Origin: Felis catus
Lineage: Eukaryota
Direction: 5' to 3'
NCBI RefSeq assembly: GCF_018350175.1
Contig: NC_058369.1
Coordinates: 3,288,001 to 3,352,000, forward strand
DNA: 64,000 nucleotides
Part shown: positions 1-12,600 of the stretch, one piece after another
Layout: every line of letters begins with the position of its first letter
How positions within the stretch are numbered: the stretch's first letter is position 1
The notes under the pieces: generated by a model
Seen by the model: only the letters and a program-made list of their open reading frames with translations
What the model was told of the DNA's origin: nothing
The model's database searches: none
Made by a program: the position numbers and the translations under genes

Positions 1-690
1 GCTTCTGCTTTGCAGAAACACTGTCACATGACGTGGTGCAGCCAGTTAGCCTCGAGAACAGGACGTGTGCACGTGTTTCCATTCTTCTTAATCACTTCAT
101 TTTTTAAGTTTGTTTTTGTTCCCACAGCAAGGCCCGAGAATCGGGAAGTGACATAGTTGGGCCTTGTCGTGAAACAATTCGGTGTCTGTCTGCTGGCCCA
201 CACAGCACTCCAGACAGCTGAGGGTGCTCAGCTGGGAAGGCCTGCACCTAAGATGCTCGGTCTGACTCTGAAATGCTCTAGAAGGCGGTGTTCTCACACA
301 GCTTTGCAAATAATCGTACGCTGTGAGTGGCCAAGGTTCAGATGACCCCAGAGCCTGTGGCAGAAAATTGCCCCTGCCACCCACAGGTGGGCTGGTCCAT
401 CACGAGGGTAGAGGTAGCGCCCCCTGATGGCGGTCGACACCAAAAGGATGAGCAAAATGAGGTGATCATGGGGAGCCTCTGGGCGCCCAGAGGGCCACGC
501 AGCCTGAGGAAGTGGCTGGAGACAGACCATTTGCAACGACACCCGCAGCCTTGTACTTTATCGCCTTCCCCTTCTGCAGCAGGAGTTTTCATACCACTGT
601 GACATGTTCGGTTTTATTTGGCTCTATCATTCCTGGAGTCGGTACTGTAAGATTTTTGCATTGGAATCGCTAGGCATTTGCTGGCCCTGT

Positions 691-692
<2 letters not shown>

Positions 693-732
<40 letters not shown>
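693..732 (+). repeat. (TG)20 microsatellite in a CHAF1A intron
   Basis: Direct reading. Confidence 0.95.
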
Positions 733-737
<5 letters not shown>

Positions 738-3577
738 TTCAGGGCACTTGTTAAAATGCAGATCCTGTTGTCTCTTCCCAAGGGAGTCTGATGTAGTCTA
801 CCCAGAGAGCTTCATTCTGTTGGGGTTTTTGTGTTGTTGTTTTAAGTACTCTCAGGGTTCTAGAGAATCTCACTTTGAAAAAACAGTCATTTATGAACAC
901 CTATTTTAAGTAATCCAGGGTCAGATTACAAGTCAGAAACTAGCCAAACGGTTGCTATTTAGCAAGAGTGTTTTACCATTTGGGATAGAACCATTTCTCA
1001 AGTTTGTTTGCATTTTAACTGTCATTGATCCTCCTTTACTGGAGATTCAAGATTATCTTTCCATAAATGATGATGTTGATACAGCTGTGTTCCTGGAATC
1101 TTTGCATCTATACAAATGAACCCAGATCGCTGGAACTTTTCCCTGTAGAACTTAAATGACACGAGTATTAAGTTCTTCGTGTTTAAAGAACATAAAGGAA
1201 GCATGCCAGTCCTCTCTGGCCCCCCTGTCTCTCCTGGGAGGCTGTCACTTTACGTTTCTCTGTGTGGTGTATGTGAGGCCTCCCTTGGGAATATACAGTG
1301 TCATTTTGTTTCCTCACCTGAGCCATGTGCTGTAAATATGTTTCTTTTTCATTCTGGGGTGTGAAATCATTGGGCTGGGATGATGTATCTCTTGTTAGCT
1401 GCCATATCTTATACCTCTCGTGTGGACAAACTTTAGCTCACAGATTCATTCTGGTTGGTGGATGGTTCCATTTCTCATTCTCAGCCAAGACAGAACAATG
1501 TGCTTCCTTCTACATGTTTCCTTGGGCTGCTGTGGAGTAGAATTTCGAGGTCCCAGGAATGCACACACTAATTTTTGCCTGCTTGCCCTCGACTATGGCT
1601 GGATCAATTTGGGTTGTATCTCTTCCCTGTGATTGGGTTTTTAGCTACTCCTGCATGCCCACTACTCTGCACCTCGTTCGCTGCTGCTTATGAGCTAAGA
1701 GATGAGGTCTCCTTATGTATAAAATCAGATCAAGCAGCTCTGAGAGGATCCTGCCAAATAAAGTACAAGAATGTTCATGCATCTAGTTAAATCAGTATTG
1801 ACGACGTGGGATAGTTGATGTGTGTATTTCAGCTTCCTTCTGGGATCGTGGATCTTGTTTTTGGCAGCTGAATTCCAAATAGGTAACACATACGGCCTAG
1901 ACTTGGAGAGAGTTCCATGAGCACTTGGGCCGAATATCAGGGAGATAACGTTATATCAGACCAGGAAGGTCCACCTGAGAGCCCAGGGAAGCAATAGATA
2001 TGGGTTCTGCACGAAATCGTGATTACTCTGATTGCTGGACGTCCTTAGTCGGCTCCTGGGAATCCTGTCAACTCTGCTGTGCCTGGACTCAGCACGGCGG
2101 GAGGGGACGTTGAATTTGCAACTGAAACTCACCAAGTGCGGGCAAGACTGACCCAATGTGCTTTCCCCAGGTGCTCTCGCACAGCAGTCTGGATCACATT
2201 CAATACTGTAAATTTGAACGCACAGGACAACGACAGATACAGCAACGTGCAGATTCTGCCGTTCAGTCCTTTATGGTGGGGGTGAGGACCACAGACATGG
2301 CAGGCAAAGTGACTCTGGAGAAGGCAGGTGCTTTCTCTTAAGCCCTTGGTAAAACCGCTTTGGGAACTGGGCGTTTGCGCTGCTACGTGCTTAGTGCAGA
2401 CAGGCTCGAGCACAGTGTGCGTGGCTTTCATATGCCTCTGCTCAGCCATTTCCTAAGGGAAGATGTAATTCACAGTGGGAAGGATGTCTTGTTGAATGTA
2501 TTGGTCTGTAAGTTTTATCCTGGAAGAGGTTTTGGACTTTCCCAAATAGATCATCGCCATGCAAGTTGTCAGTGTGTCAGAGCGTTTCAAGAGAAACAGG
2601 CCTTTGGTTTTTCAGTTCCACGTCAGTCCCATTTTTTGGCTGCCTCTCCAAGGCTCAAGGGAGCCTGGGCAGTTACTGCTTTTCTGGCCTGAGCTCTCTC
2701 TCCTCCTGTTCGGCCAGCTGATGGTTGGGGTTTCAGGATTCCCCGCTCTGGAGATAGCTTAGGCCAGTAGTCTGAACTTGCTCATACTCCTACCTGAGGC
2801 CAGGCCGCCAGCCTGGTGAGTGAACCCAGCGGTGCGTCTTGGTGAGTCCTCCCAGCCCAGGCTCGCTTGGCAGCAGGATGATAGGGAATGTCATGCTCTA
2901 GGATATAGGCGACTAGACCAGATCGCCACCTCTGGCAAGCTGAGCTTTTGTCCTGAACATTCACTGCACTTTCTCGAAGCCGCGCTAGGCAGAGAGCACG
3001 GGTTGGTGGCTCATGGGAATCCAGCCCATAGATGTCGTTGATGTAATTCACGTAGTGTTAATTTTTACACATTACCTACAAAATTTAAATACAGTTCCCA
3101 ACATCAGCCACTCTTGGAAAAATCTGAAGGGGCAGGACTGCTGGGCTGCAGGCCAGTGAGAGCTCTGTCCCTTTTGGACGGGGTGCGTCCTCTGTCCTCT
3201 GTCGCAAACGCTTCTGCTCCGTGTCACCTGCCTGACACCGAGGCTGGCCGTCCACTGCATTTATTTTTGAGCCTGCCCTGTTCTTCCTCTGGTTGGCCCC
3301 CTTCATCTTTGTCATCTGTCTCCTCAGTCTTATCCCCAGAGGCATGCATGTATGTGTTCATTGCAGATCACGACCTCACTAGGACGTTTTAGTGTTTTGG
3401 TTCTAATTGGTGGAACCTGGTCACTTGGAACATTGTAGCCTTTTCGTAAAGAAGTTCTTAATCGTGTGAATCCCTTATCCCCGCCCCCCTTTCTTGCCCA
3501 AAGAAGTGTGTGATTTGTTCTATGTGATGTAGTGACTGAAACAACCCGTGTTGAAAGAGAAACGTCTCTCATTTCAG

Positions 3578-3634
3578 ATAACTAAGAAACTGGTCAAAGC
3601 TTCTGCAGAGAAGGACAAGCTCAGACTGCAAAGA
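3578..3634 (+). CDS. CHAF1A: CHAF1A coding exon (ITKKLVKASAEKDKLRLQR)
   Basis: tttcag|ATA...AGA|gtaaga; 57 nt. Confidence 0.88.
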
Positions 3635-6600
3635 GTAAGACATTCCCCTTGAAGTAGAACGTTAACCTGTGCTTTTTGCGTTAAACAGTAAGCAAGCGGG
3701 GCGCCTGGGTGGCTCAGTCGGTTAAGCGTCCGACTTCGGCCAGGTCACGATCTCGCGGTCCGTGAGTTCGAGCCCCGCGTCGGGCTCTGGGCTGATGGCT
3801 CGGAGCCTGGAGCCTGCTTCCGATTCTGTGTCTCCCTCTCTCTCTGCCCCTCCCCCGTTCATGCTCTGTCTCTCTCTGTCTCAAAAATAAATAAATTTAA
3901 AATAAATAAACAGCAAGGTCCTGTTGTCCCCTTTCCCTGCTTGTCCTGACCACTGATAGTTGCTTCATTTCACACAACTGTGCCCTGGGACTCATGGGTC
4001 GCGTCATTTTTAGCTTTGCTAAGTCGTCCGAAGATTTTGCTCATAGACTTTTCTCTTATTGTTGTTGTTGTTGTTAGTACTGGCTGGATAGTTGGGCATC
4101 CCATTGGGGTTGAGCCTTGCCTTCCAAAGGATCCAGTCCCTCTCCCTGCGTCCCAGGCCCCTTCCCACCTGCCGTGCTGGTTTGGTGGCCACGACACCAG
4201 ACGGGTGATTCTTGTGCGGCGATCCCTTCTGAGGCTTCACTTCTGTTTTCTGGGGTCACCTCGTGTCACACACTGCAAAGCAGAGCACTTTTTTCTCATT
4301 GCCGTGGAGGAGAGGGCCAGCGGGCGTCTCCCCCACGCCAGCTGGTGGAAGGGGCTTGCCGTGTGCTCACCGGCTGCTCCCTGTGCCGTGCACCTCACGG
4401 TGGCATTCGGCCTTTGTGGGTCGGATCTTGATGGCGTTTTTAGGGTTTATCTCATTCTTTGTCGGAATCTCCGAGGTGGGGTGGGGATGGAGACGGGGCT
4501 CCAGTATGGCTGATTTCCAGAAGCCTTGTCTTATTTGGCAATGAGAAGCAGGGCATCCCCTTGCACGGACACTGTTGGTGTCATTCCCATCCCCAGACCA
4601 GACACCTTCTTCAGGTGTCCTGTGCGTCACAGGAAGATGCAGAGGAAACGGTGTGAGAACTGGAACAGTCCAGACGTCTCTCACGGCATGCCGCCACGGC
4701 TTTTGTTAAAGCAACCAGGGGTTTCTCAGGGCAGAGGGTATAGACAAGGGCATAGTCATACGGCTAGACGGAAACTGAGTTGCCAGGGTCCTGATGTTGG
4801 GAAACCCATTTCTGATGGAAATGGGCCTTGAAAGTGATCCGTTGCTGTGGCAAAAGGAAGCACCTCTCTGCCTGGCAGGCCAGCTTGTTCAGGAGGAGTT
4901 CAAGGTTACAGAATAGCGCAGCGCCTCAGGCCATGTACCATCTGTTTGGAATGAGGAGCCGATGTAAAGATAAAGTCATTTCTTGCTTTTACTGTTTATT
5001 CCCATTTGTTTCCCCCTTATTTAGCACATTCCTGCTCCTCATCTCATCCCGTTCTTCCATTTCAGAGGAAATAAAACCCTATAATCTTACATGGTTTGGG
5101 GAGGAACGAAGGAAAAATGCCTTTGTTTTAAAGATAGAGAAGTAGAACCTATAGGCATTTCTGTCTGTATTTTATCACGGCTTTCTGGTTAAATAAATGT
5201 GGTTCAAGCCTAACAGCGGGTAGCCTGGAGGTGGTTCTTTTTTTTTTTTTTTTTTTTTAATTAAAAAAAATTTTTAATGTTATTTTTGATGACAGAGACA
5301 GAGCATGAGTGGGGGAGGGGCAGAGAGAGAGGGAGGCACAGAATTCAAAAGCAGGCTCCAGGCTCCGAGCCGTCAGCACAGAGCCCGGCGCGGGGCTCGA
5401 ACCCACAAACCTGTGAGATCACGGCCTGAGCTGAAGTCAGAAGCTTAACTGACTGAACCACCCAGGCGTCCCTGGAGGTTCTTCTTTAATTTTTTTTAAT
5501 TTAGTGAAAAAGAGAGTAACTCTGGCCCACGTTTATACATGGTATTTTGAATGAATCTTAAACTTTCTTTAAGGTTTATTTATTTTTGAGAGAGAGAGAG
5601 AGCGTGAGCGGGGAAGGGACAGTGAGGGAGGGAGTCACAGGATCGGAAGCAGGCTCCAGGCTCTGAGCCGTCAGCCCAGACAGAGCCCGACGCGGGGCTC
5701 GAACTCACGGACCGCGAGAAGCCAGAGGCACCCCGAGACTCTTACTTCGACTTGCCAGCAAGGTCCCTGGCAAGTGGCTGGTGGCCCTCACCTTTCTCCC
5801 AGCCCGGGGAGCGGGGGGGAGGCGGCTTGGGCGGGCGGCCGGCCCTCCGGGAGACGCGCAGGGGCCCAGCCGCGCCTTGTCTCTCGGCCGCAGGACCGGG
5901 CGCGGCTGGGCAAGCAGCTCAAGCTCCGGGCAGAGAAAGAAGAAAAGGAGAAGCTGAAGGAGGAGGCCAAGCGGGCCAAGGAAGAAGCCAAGAAGAAGAA
6001 GGAGGAAGAGAAGGAGCTGAAGGAGAAGGAGAGGCGCGAGAAACGGGAGAAGGACGAGAAGGAGAAGGCGGAGAAGCAGAGGCTCAAGGAGGAGCGGCGC
6101 AAGGAGCGACAGGAGGCGCTGGAGTGCGTGTGCCCGGGGGGGGGGGGGGGGCGCTGGGGGCGGGAGCGTGCACCCCCAGGCCGCCTGGGACCCCGGGGCG
6201 GCCTCTGGCGAGCTCGGGCTGGCTGGGCTGAAGCTGTGTCTCGCGTCTCCCAGGGCGAAGCTGGAGGAGAAGAGGAAAAAGGAAGAGGAGAAACGGCTGC
6301 GGGAAGAGGAGAAGGTAGGCCGTTCTCCCAGGACTGCGGCGTTCAGTCCGCTCGACTGCTGCCCGGTGTCCCTTCGTCCTGGGAAGCCAGGTGGCCCTCG
6401 CGGGGACTGCCACGTGTGCACATGCCCTCCGGTGGCCGGCAGGCTCCCCGTACTCCGCGCCTGGCGTGGAGATGGGCTGGGGCTGGGTTGCTGGGTCTCG
6501 AGCGCAGACCTCAAAGCAGTGCTTTCCGCTTAGAAATGCCGGGGCTCCCCTCCCGGGGGCCTTCGGCGTGTTTGCAGACACACACTGCTTCTCTCCATTT

Positions 6601-9600
6601 CTTCGTGCCTCTCTTTTCTTCCGTTGCAGCGCATTAAGGCAGAGAAGGCTGAAATCACGAGGTTCTTCCAGAAACCAAAGACCCCACAGGCCCCCAAGGT
6701 GAGCAGCTGGCCTCCTCTGGCTTGGCTTTTTGTCTTTGGCCTGCTCCTCCTTTTGAAAATATAAGGGTATCTTCTGGCCAGCTAGCTTCCCTTTCGGCAA
6801 GAGGAGGTCCCCGCTTGCCTCCTGGAGGGAGCTCTTACTTCTGGTAGAATCCGGAGGCTCGGTATTTTGTCGTCTCACCAGGCGAAAAGCGTCAGGTTTG
6901 CTCAAACTACTGCCAGGTGTTTGGAGGTTGCTTCCTAAACAGTTTTGCCTTAGCAGCTGTCGGGGAGGATGTCCGGGGAGAGCCAGTCCTCACCCTCAGG
7001 GAGCTGACGCTCCAGATGGGAGGCAAGACTAGGCATAAAAGGACAGTTCGGAATTCAGCACAGAATTCGGCTTCCTCAGCCTGGCATCTGTCCCCTTCTA
7101 CCAGCGTCTGCCTCCAGAGACGCCAGGCTCCCTTCCCCCTCCCTCCATGCTCCGGACGGACGGGACCCATCTCCCCCAGTGCAAGGGTGTCCGTCTAACG
7201 CTTTCTCTGCATTCACATCCCTTCATGTGTTTGTGTGTTTATACACGTAATAAGTCATGAACTGTCATGTCCCTGCTTTGTTTTTGTAGCCACGTCTTGG
7301 ATTCTCTCTGGGCTGGTACGCTTGGGTCTGCTTGTTCTTTCCATCGCTGCTTGCGCTTTCAGAGCGTGGATGGCGTCACAGTTTATATGTCCATTGCCCC
7401 GTTGATGCCCCATCAGGGGCACACGGAGTGTCACTAACACTCCTCTCTGTACCTGTGCCTTCCTTTAGGACAACCACCTAGAAGCGGGCCAGACGCTCGG
7501 TTCTCTTTAACTTCACTAACCCAGTGGGTCAAAAGAAACTGATATCCTTTTTCACTTTACATTCTTCCTTGGTTCCAGGTGGACATCGTTTTGTATTTGT
7601 TTACCATTTTCTTTCTTCTGTGATTTGCCAATTCCTATTTTTTACCCATTTTTCTGCAAGGTTGGCTTTTCCTCTGACCTCTGGGAGCTGTTTACGCAGC
7701 CAGGATTTTCATTCTTGGTGATACACACAGCAGATACTCCCTCTCAGTCTGTTACCCGCCGTCTAACCTGTTCGTGGCATCTTCTGTTGTACAGAAGTTT
7801 TTGTTTCAATGGCAACATTGAAGATTTTTCATTTGCATGTGGTAGCAGAGCCTTGTGTACCCTGTGGCCATAGACAGATACGTTCTCTTTCCAGGTGTGT
7901 TTTGTTTTTTGCTTGTTTGTGGTTCTTTTGTTTTAGTTTTTGCTCGTTATGCTTTTATGTGGAGGCCCTTAGCTTCGCTGATCTCTGGAGTTGTCGTGTG
8001 GGGCACGGCCCTAACTCTGTCCTGTGTGGTACCCGGTGTCCCAGCACGTGTTCGTCAGGGAGGCGGGCAGTCTGCTGCTTCTCACCTCGGGCTGTGAGTT
8101 GGAATCCCGAGGGATTACAAAGTCATGGAGCCTGGATCCCGTCCCAGAGCATCCCACGAGCCTGGCGTGGGCAGCGGGGATTTCGGCAGCCCCTGGACGG
8201 CCTGCTACGTGGCCGTGATGCAGGCTGTCCGCCGCAGCCCTCTTTCCTCCGTGAGGTTGAAGCCTGGCTTTCTTATTTAAAAAAAAAAAAAGTTTTGTTT
8301 TTTTTTTTTAACGTTTATTTATTTTTGAGACAGAGAGAGACAGAGCATGAACAGGCGAGGGGCAGAGAGAGAGGGAGACACAGAATCGGAAGCAGGCTCC
8401 AGGCTCTGAGCCATCAGCCCAGAGCCCGACGCGGGGCTCGAACTCACAAACCGTGAGATCGTGACCTGAGCTGAAGTTGGACGCTCAACCAACTGAGCCA
8501 CCCAGGTGCCCCGAAGCCTGGCTTTCTTATACGAACGTCACGGCCATGGACTGTCCTCCCCGCTGCCCGTGTCCTCGTGCACTGCCAGCTTTGGGATCCA
8601 CTGACAGACACATTGCTGGTGCCGAAGGAGCTCTGGGAGGGGACACTAAGCCCACCGGAATCTGCGGTGGATGTGACTCTTCGGACACAGACACTGATGT
8701 GTCAGGTCCACGGCAGCCTCTGGTGGGGTCGGTGGGGGGATGGGCTCCAGGCCGTAAGCCAGGCTGTGGTGCGGCTCTGGGTAAAGTCACTCTCCCAGAT
8801 CTCGGTTTCCTCACCTGGGAGCTCTGGTTTTATCACTCACCTCCCCCCTTCTTACTTTTCATTATTTAAGAAACTTTTTTTAATGTATTATTTTCATTTG
8901 TTTTTTATTTTGAGAGAGAGGGGTATGCATGCACAAGCAGGGGAGGTGCAGAGAGAAGGAGAGAGAGAATCCCAAGCAGGCTCTGTAGCTGTCTGTGTAG
9001 AACCTGACATGGGGCTTGAACTCTGGAATCGTGAGATGACCTGAGCCAAAGTAAGATGCTTAACCAACTGAGCCACCCACGCATCCCTCGCTGCTACTTT
9101 TTAAAGAGCCGTGTTTATTGAGGTGTTGATAGGAAAATCTGCCCGTTCAGTGAGGCTGACAACGTGTGGGACTCCACGGCACCCGCATAGTCCAGATCTA
9201 GAGTGTTTCTATCACCCCATAGGGTTCCCTGACAGTCCACAGCCTCCTCCCCCCATCCCCAGCCCCTGGCACCTGCTGAAGTGACCTCCAACCCCGTAGG
9301 TTTGCCTTTTCCAGAAACCCGTGTAGGTGACGTCACATGGCATGTGGCCTCTTGTGTGTCTCCTGGGACTTCTCAACCCGGATGAATCTGAAGAGCAGTG
9401 CGCGGTGTGTCCAGCGGCTCGTCCTCGCGGCTGCCGAGAGGCGGCCGTCCCAGCACGCGGGAGTGCCGTCACACCCTCTTCTCCGTTTCAGACCCTGGCC
9501 GGCTCTTGCGGGAAGTTTGCCCCCTTTGAAATTAAAGAGCACATGGTCCTTGCCCCTCGGTTTCGGACCGCCTTCGACCAGGACCTCTGTGATCAGTTGG

Positions 9601-12600
9601 ACCAGCTCCTCCGGCAGCAGAACGGCGAATTCTCCTTCCTGAAGGATCTGAAAGGCCGGCGGCCCCTCAGGTCCGGACCCACCGTGGTTTCCAACCGAAA
9701 CACAGACACCTGTAACAGGTTAGTGGCCGGGGCGGGGGGGGGGGGGGGGGGGGGGCGGTCGTCTACCTGTTGGTGAAGTCAGAGCACAGTCGGAGAGGCC
9801 GGGAAGGGAGGGGCCCGGGACAGAGCCCTGGGTTCTGGTCTGCTGCTGGCTTGGCTTTGGGCCACTTGTCTCTCTTTGGGCGTCCCATGAGCTCTTGCAG
9901 CCCCGTGTGCCGTGGCTTTGCAGGAAGCTGCTGCCGTGGAGTGAGGATTCCTGTCCTGGCTTCCCGGACTCTCGGGGCAGGGATCTTGGTTCCGTGCCAG
10001 CCTCCCTGGGGGGACGTTTCCCCGTTCTTGTTGGTCTGCTCATTCTGCACCACTCTACTTGTATCGATGCTGCGGGCCAGCAACTTAGCAATCTTGTTTC
10101 TCCCTCCTCCTCGGCTTTGTGTCCCTGGAGTAAATGCTCCTTAGCTTCGTTGGGACCAGGCGGTCACCCGTCCTCGTAAGATGCTTACAGCCTGCTTCCT
10201 CAGGAGGCCTGGGTGGCAGACGGGCGCGTTGCGGGGGAGGCGCGTTCCTGAGTTTGCTGGCTCCCCCTCAGCGATGTGGTCATCGTGGAGAGCGGCAAGG
10301 TCGACGGCGTTCCCGAAAGGAAGAAGTTTGGCAGGATGAAGCTCCTGCAGTTTTCCGAGAATCACCGACCGGCGTACTGGGGCACGTGGAATAAGAAGAC
10401 GACCGTCATCCACCCGCGGGACCCCTGGGCGCAAGACAGGGTGAGCACGTGGCAGACCTCCGACGGTCCAGGCACACTGTCTGCGTTTCCTTCTCGTCTT
10501 GCCTTTTGTACACGGGTCTCCTGGATTCCACGAGTATTGTCGCTTTTCTGCTCTGACTGACACACGGTGCCTTTGTTTTCCCAGAAGCTCCTGGACTACG
10601 AGGTGGACAGCGACGAGGAATGGGAGGAGGAAGAGCCGGGAGAGTCCCTGTCCCACAGTGAGGGGGTGAGCACCTGCCCGCGCTGGCTTCAGGCTTCGCC
10701 CGGAAGGCAGGCCCCGGGCTGAGTCCACTCGCACACGGCCCCTGCTTGGCCCACGGGATTGCCTGAACGTTTCGGGCAGCCTCGAACGTCCCCATTTCCA
10801 GCTTGTCCTAGGAAACCTTACCTGGTGACACCAGCCCGCTTGGCAGTGGAGGCAAGAAGCGTCCCCCACTGTTACCTGGGGCCCACTTGCCCCCTGGTCC
10901 ACTGTGGTCTCCGCACCCCCCGTCCCCGTCTCGCATCTGGGTGGCTTCACGCACCGTGTGGTACCTGACGCCGGCCCGCTGTCAGCCACTGGGATCGGTC
11001 CCCAAGTTTCTCCCGGTGCTTGTGGCGTCCAGAAAAACGTCTGCCAGGTGTTCGCAGATTCACGTTCCAAGTGAAATCGACACTCTGGGGCTGCGTGTCG
11101 TGAACGTCCTTTGTTTTCCTTTTGAGGATGATGACGACGAAGTGGGAGACGATGAAGATGAGGACGATGGCTTCTTCGTGCCCCACGGGTACCTGTCTGA
11201 GGACGAGGGGGTCACCGAGGTGAGGGGGCGAGCGGGGAGGTGACGGTCCCTGAGAGAGCTCGGCCGGGCCCCAGCCTGGGGCTGTGACAGTGATGCCATG
11301 AGGTTTGCGGGTCAGGGCACTAAACCGCATCGGGTCTGTTTACGTTTCCTTAGCTAAGGTTGGAACTTACCAGAAGACGTGCAGTGAGCTTTAACAATTG
11401 GCATTTGTAAATCCATCACCCCAAATGAAATCTCGGACTTTTCCATCTCTCCAGGAGGTGCCCCCGTGCCCCTTGGTTAACCCCCAACCCCCACCACTGA
11501 CTTTCTGGACCCTGCCAGACAGTGGAACTTTCGATGGCCTGTCGGGATGCAGTGTTTGGGCAGTGGAGAAACAGCCCCGGGCAGGGGCGGGGGGGGGGGG
11601 TAGGTTTTGTGTCTCCAAGTCAGACTGGAGGGGTCGATGCGTCTTAACACGCTTCCAGCTAGCAAGGTAGGCACGTCTGAGGTGCCCACGAGCTCACCGG
11701 TGTTTGAGAATGGAGCCGGGCCCGGCGTGGAAGGTGCCGGGCCCGGCGGTTGAACTGGGCATGAGATTTGGGGTTGGTGATTTGAGAGCCTTGGCATGAC
11801 ATACTCACCAGGAAGTCCCGAGTGGCCTTGAGAGGCTTACTGGTGACATTAGGAAAATACCTGAGACTTTTGCCGGTCGTGGCCAGAGGGAATGCTTCCA
11901 GACAGCAAGGGGCACACGTGCCAGTCACGGTTGAGTCTAGGGAAACACTCTGCCGTTCCCCGGCTGGTAGCGTTAGAAGAGGGGTGCAGGACGCAGTGGG
12001 GCCTGGGGGTGCGGCGGCCCTGACTGCGGGCGGCCCTGCGCTGCCCCAGCACGCTCTTCTTCCTCCTCACCGTTCCGGAGGCGGGATGAGAGGGCACAGG
12101 GCCCCCGGGGACCCCAAAGTAAGCATTGTTCTCCCACCTGCAAGGAGTGTGCCGATCCAGAGAACCACAAGGTTCGCCAGAAACTGAAGGCCAAAGAGTG
12201 GGACGAGTTTCTGGCCAAGGGGAAGAGGTTCCGCGTGCTCCAGCCTGTGAAGATCGGCTGCGTCTGGGCGGCCGACAAGGACGGAGGCGCCGACCTGAAG
12301 GTGCTCCAGCAGTTCACGGCGTGCCTCCTGGAGACGGTCCCCTCGGAGGAGGAGCAGACGCCCAAGGCCTCCAAACGAGAGAAGAGGGACCAGCAGAGTG
12401 AGTGCCGGTGCCTGGCGGGAGTGGGAGCGGGAGCGGGAGGGGGTCAGGCCCCCGGCTGTCCTGGGCCCAGGAAGACTTTGTTAGGTGTCTGGGTTAAAAC
12501 GTGCAAGGTCTTTCAACAGACAACGAAAGCCAGTGCTTGCTGAGCGCATCTGCTCACCCTTTAATACACCAGCCACACAGGGCGGCTACTTTAATCAGCA

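Noticed and set aside
3698..3790. tRNA-like A and B boxes
   Set aside because: These are the tRNA-derived heads of Can-SINEs, not tRNA genes; the same applies throughout the window.
8319..8501. Recurrent MAQLVERPTSAQV... ORF family (also at 36951, 51503, 54640)
   Set aside because: Translations of Can-SINE copies.
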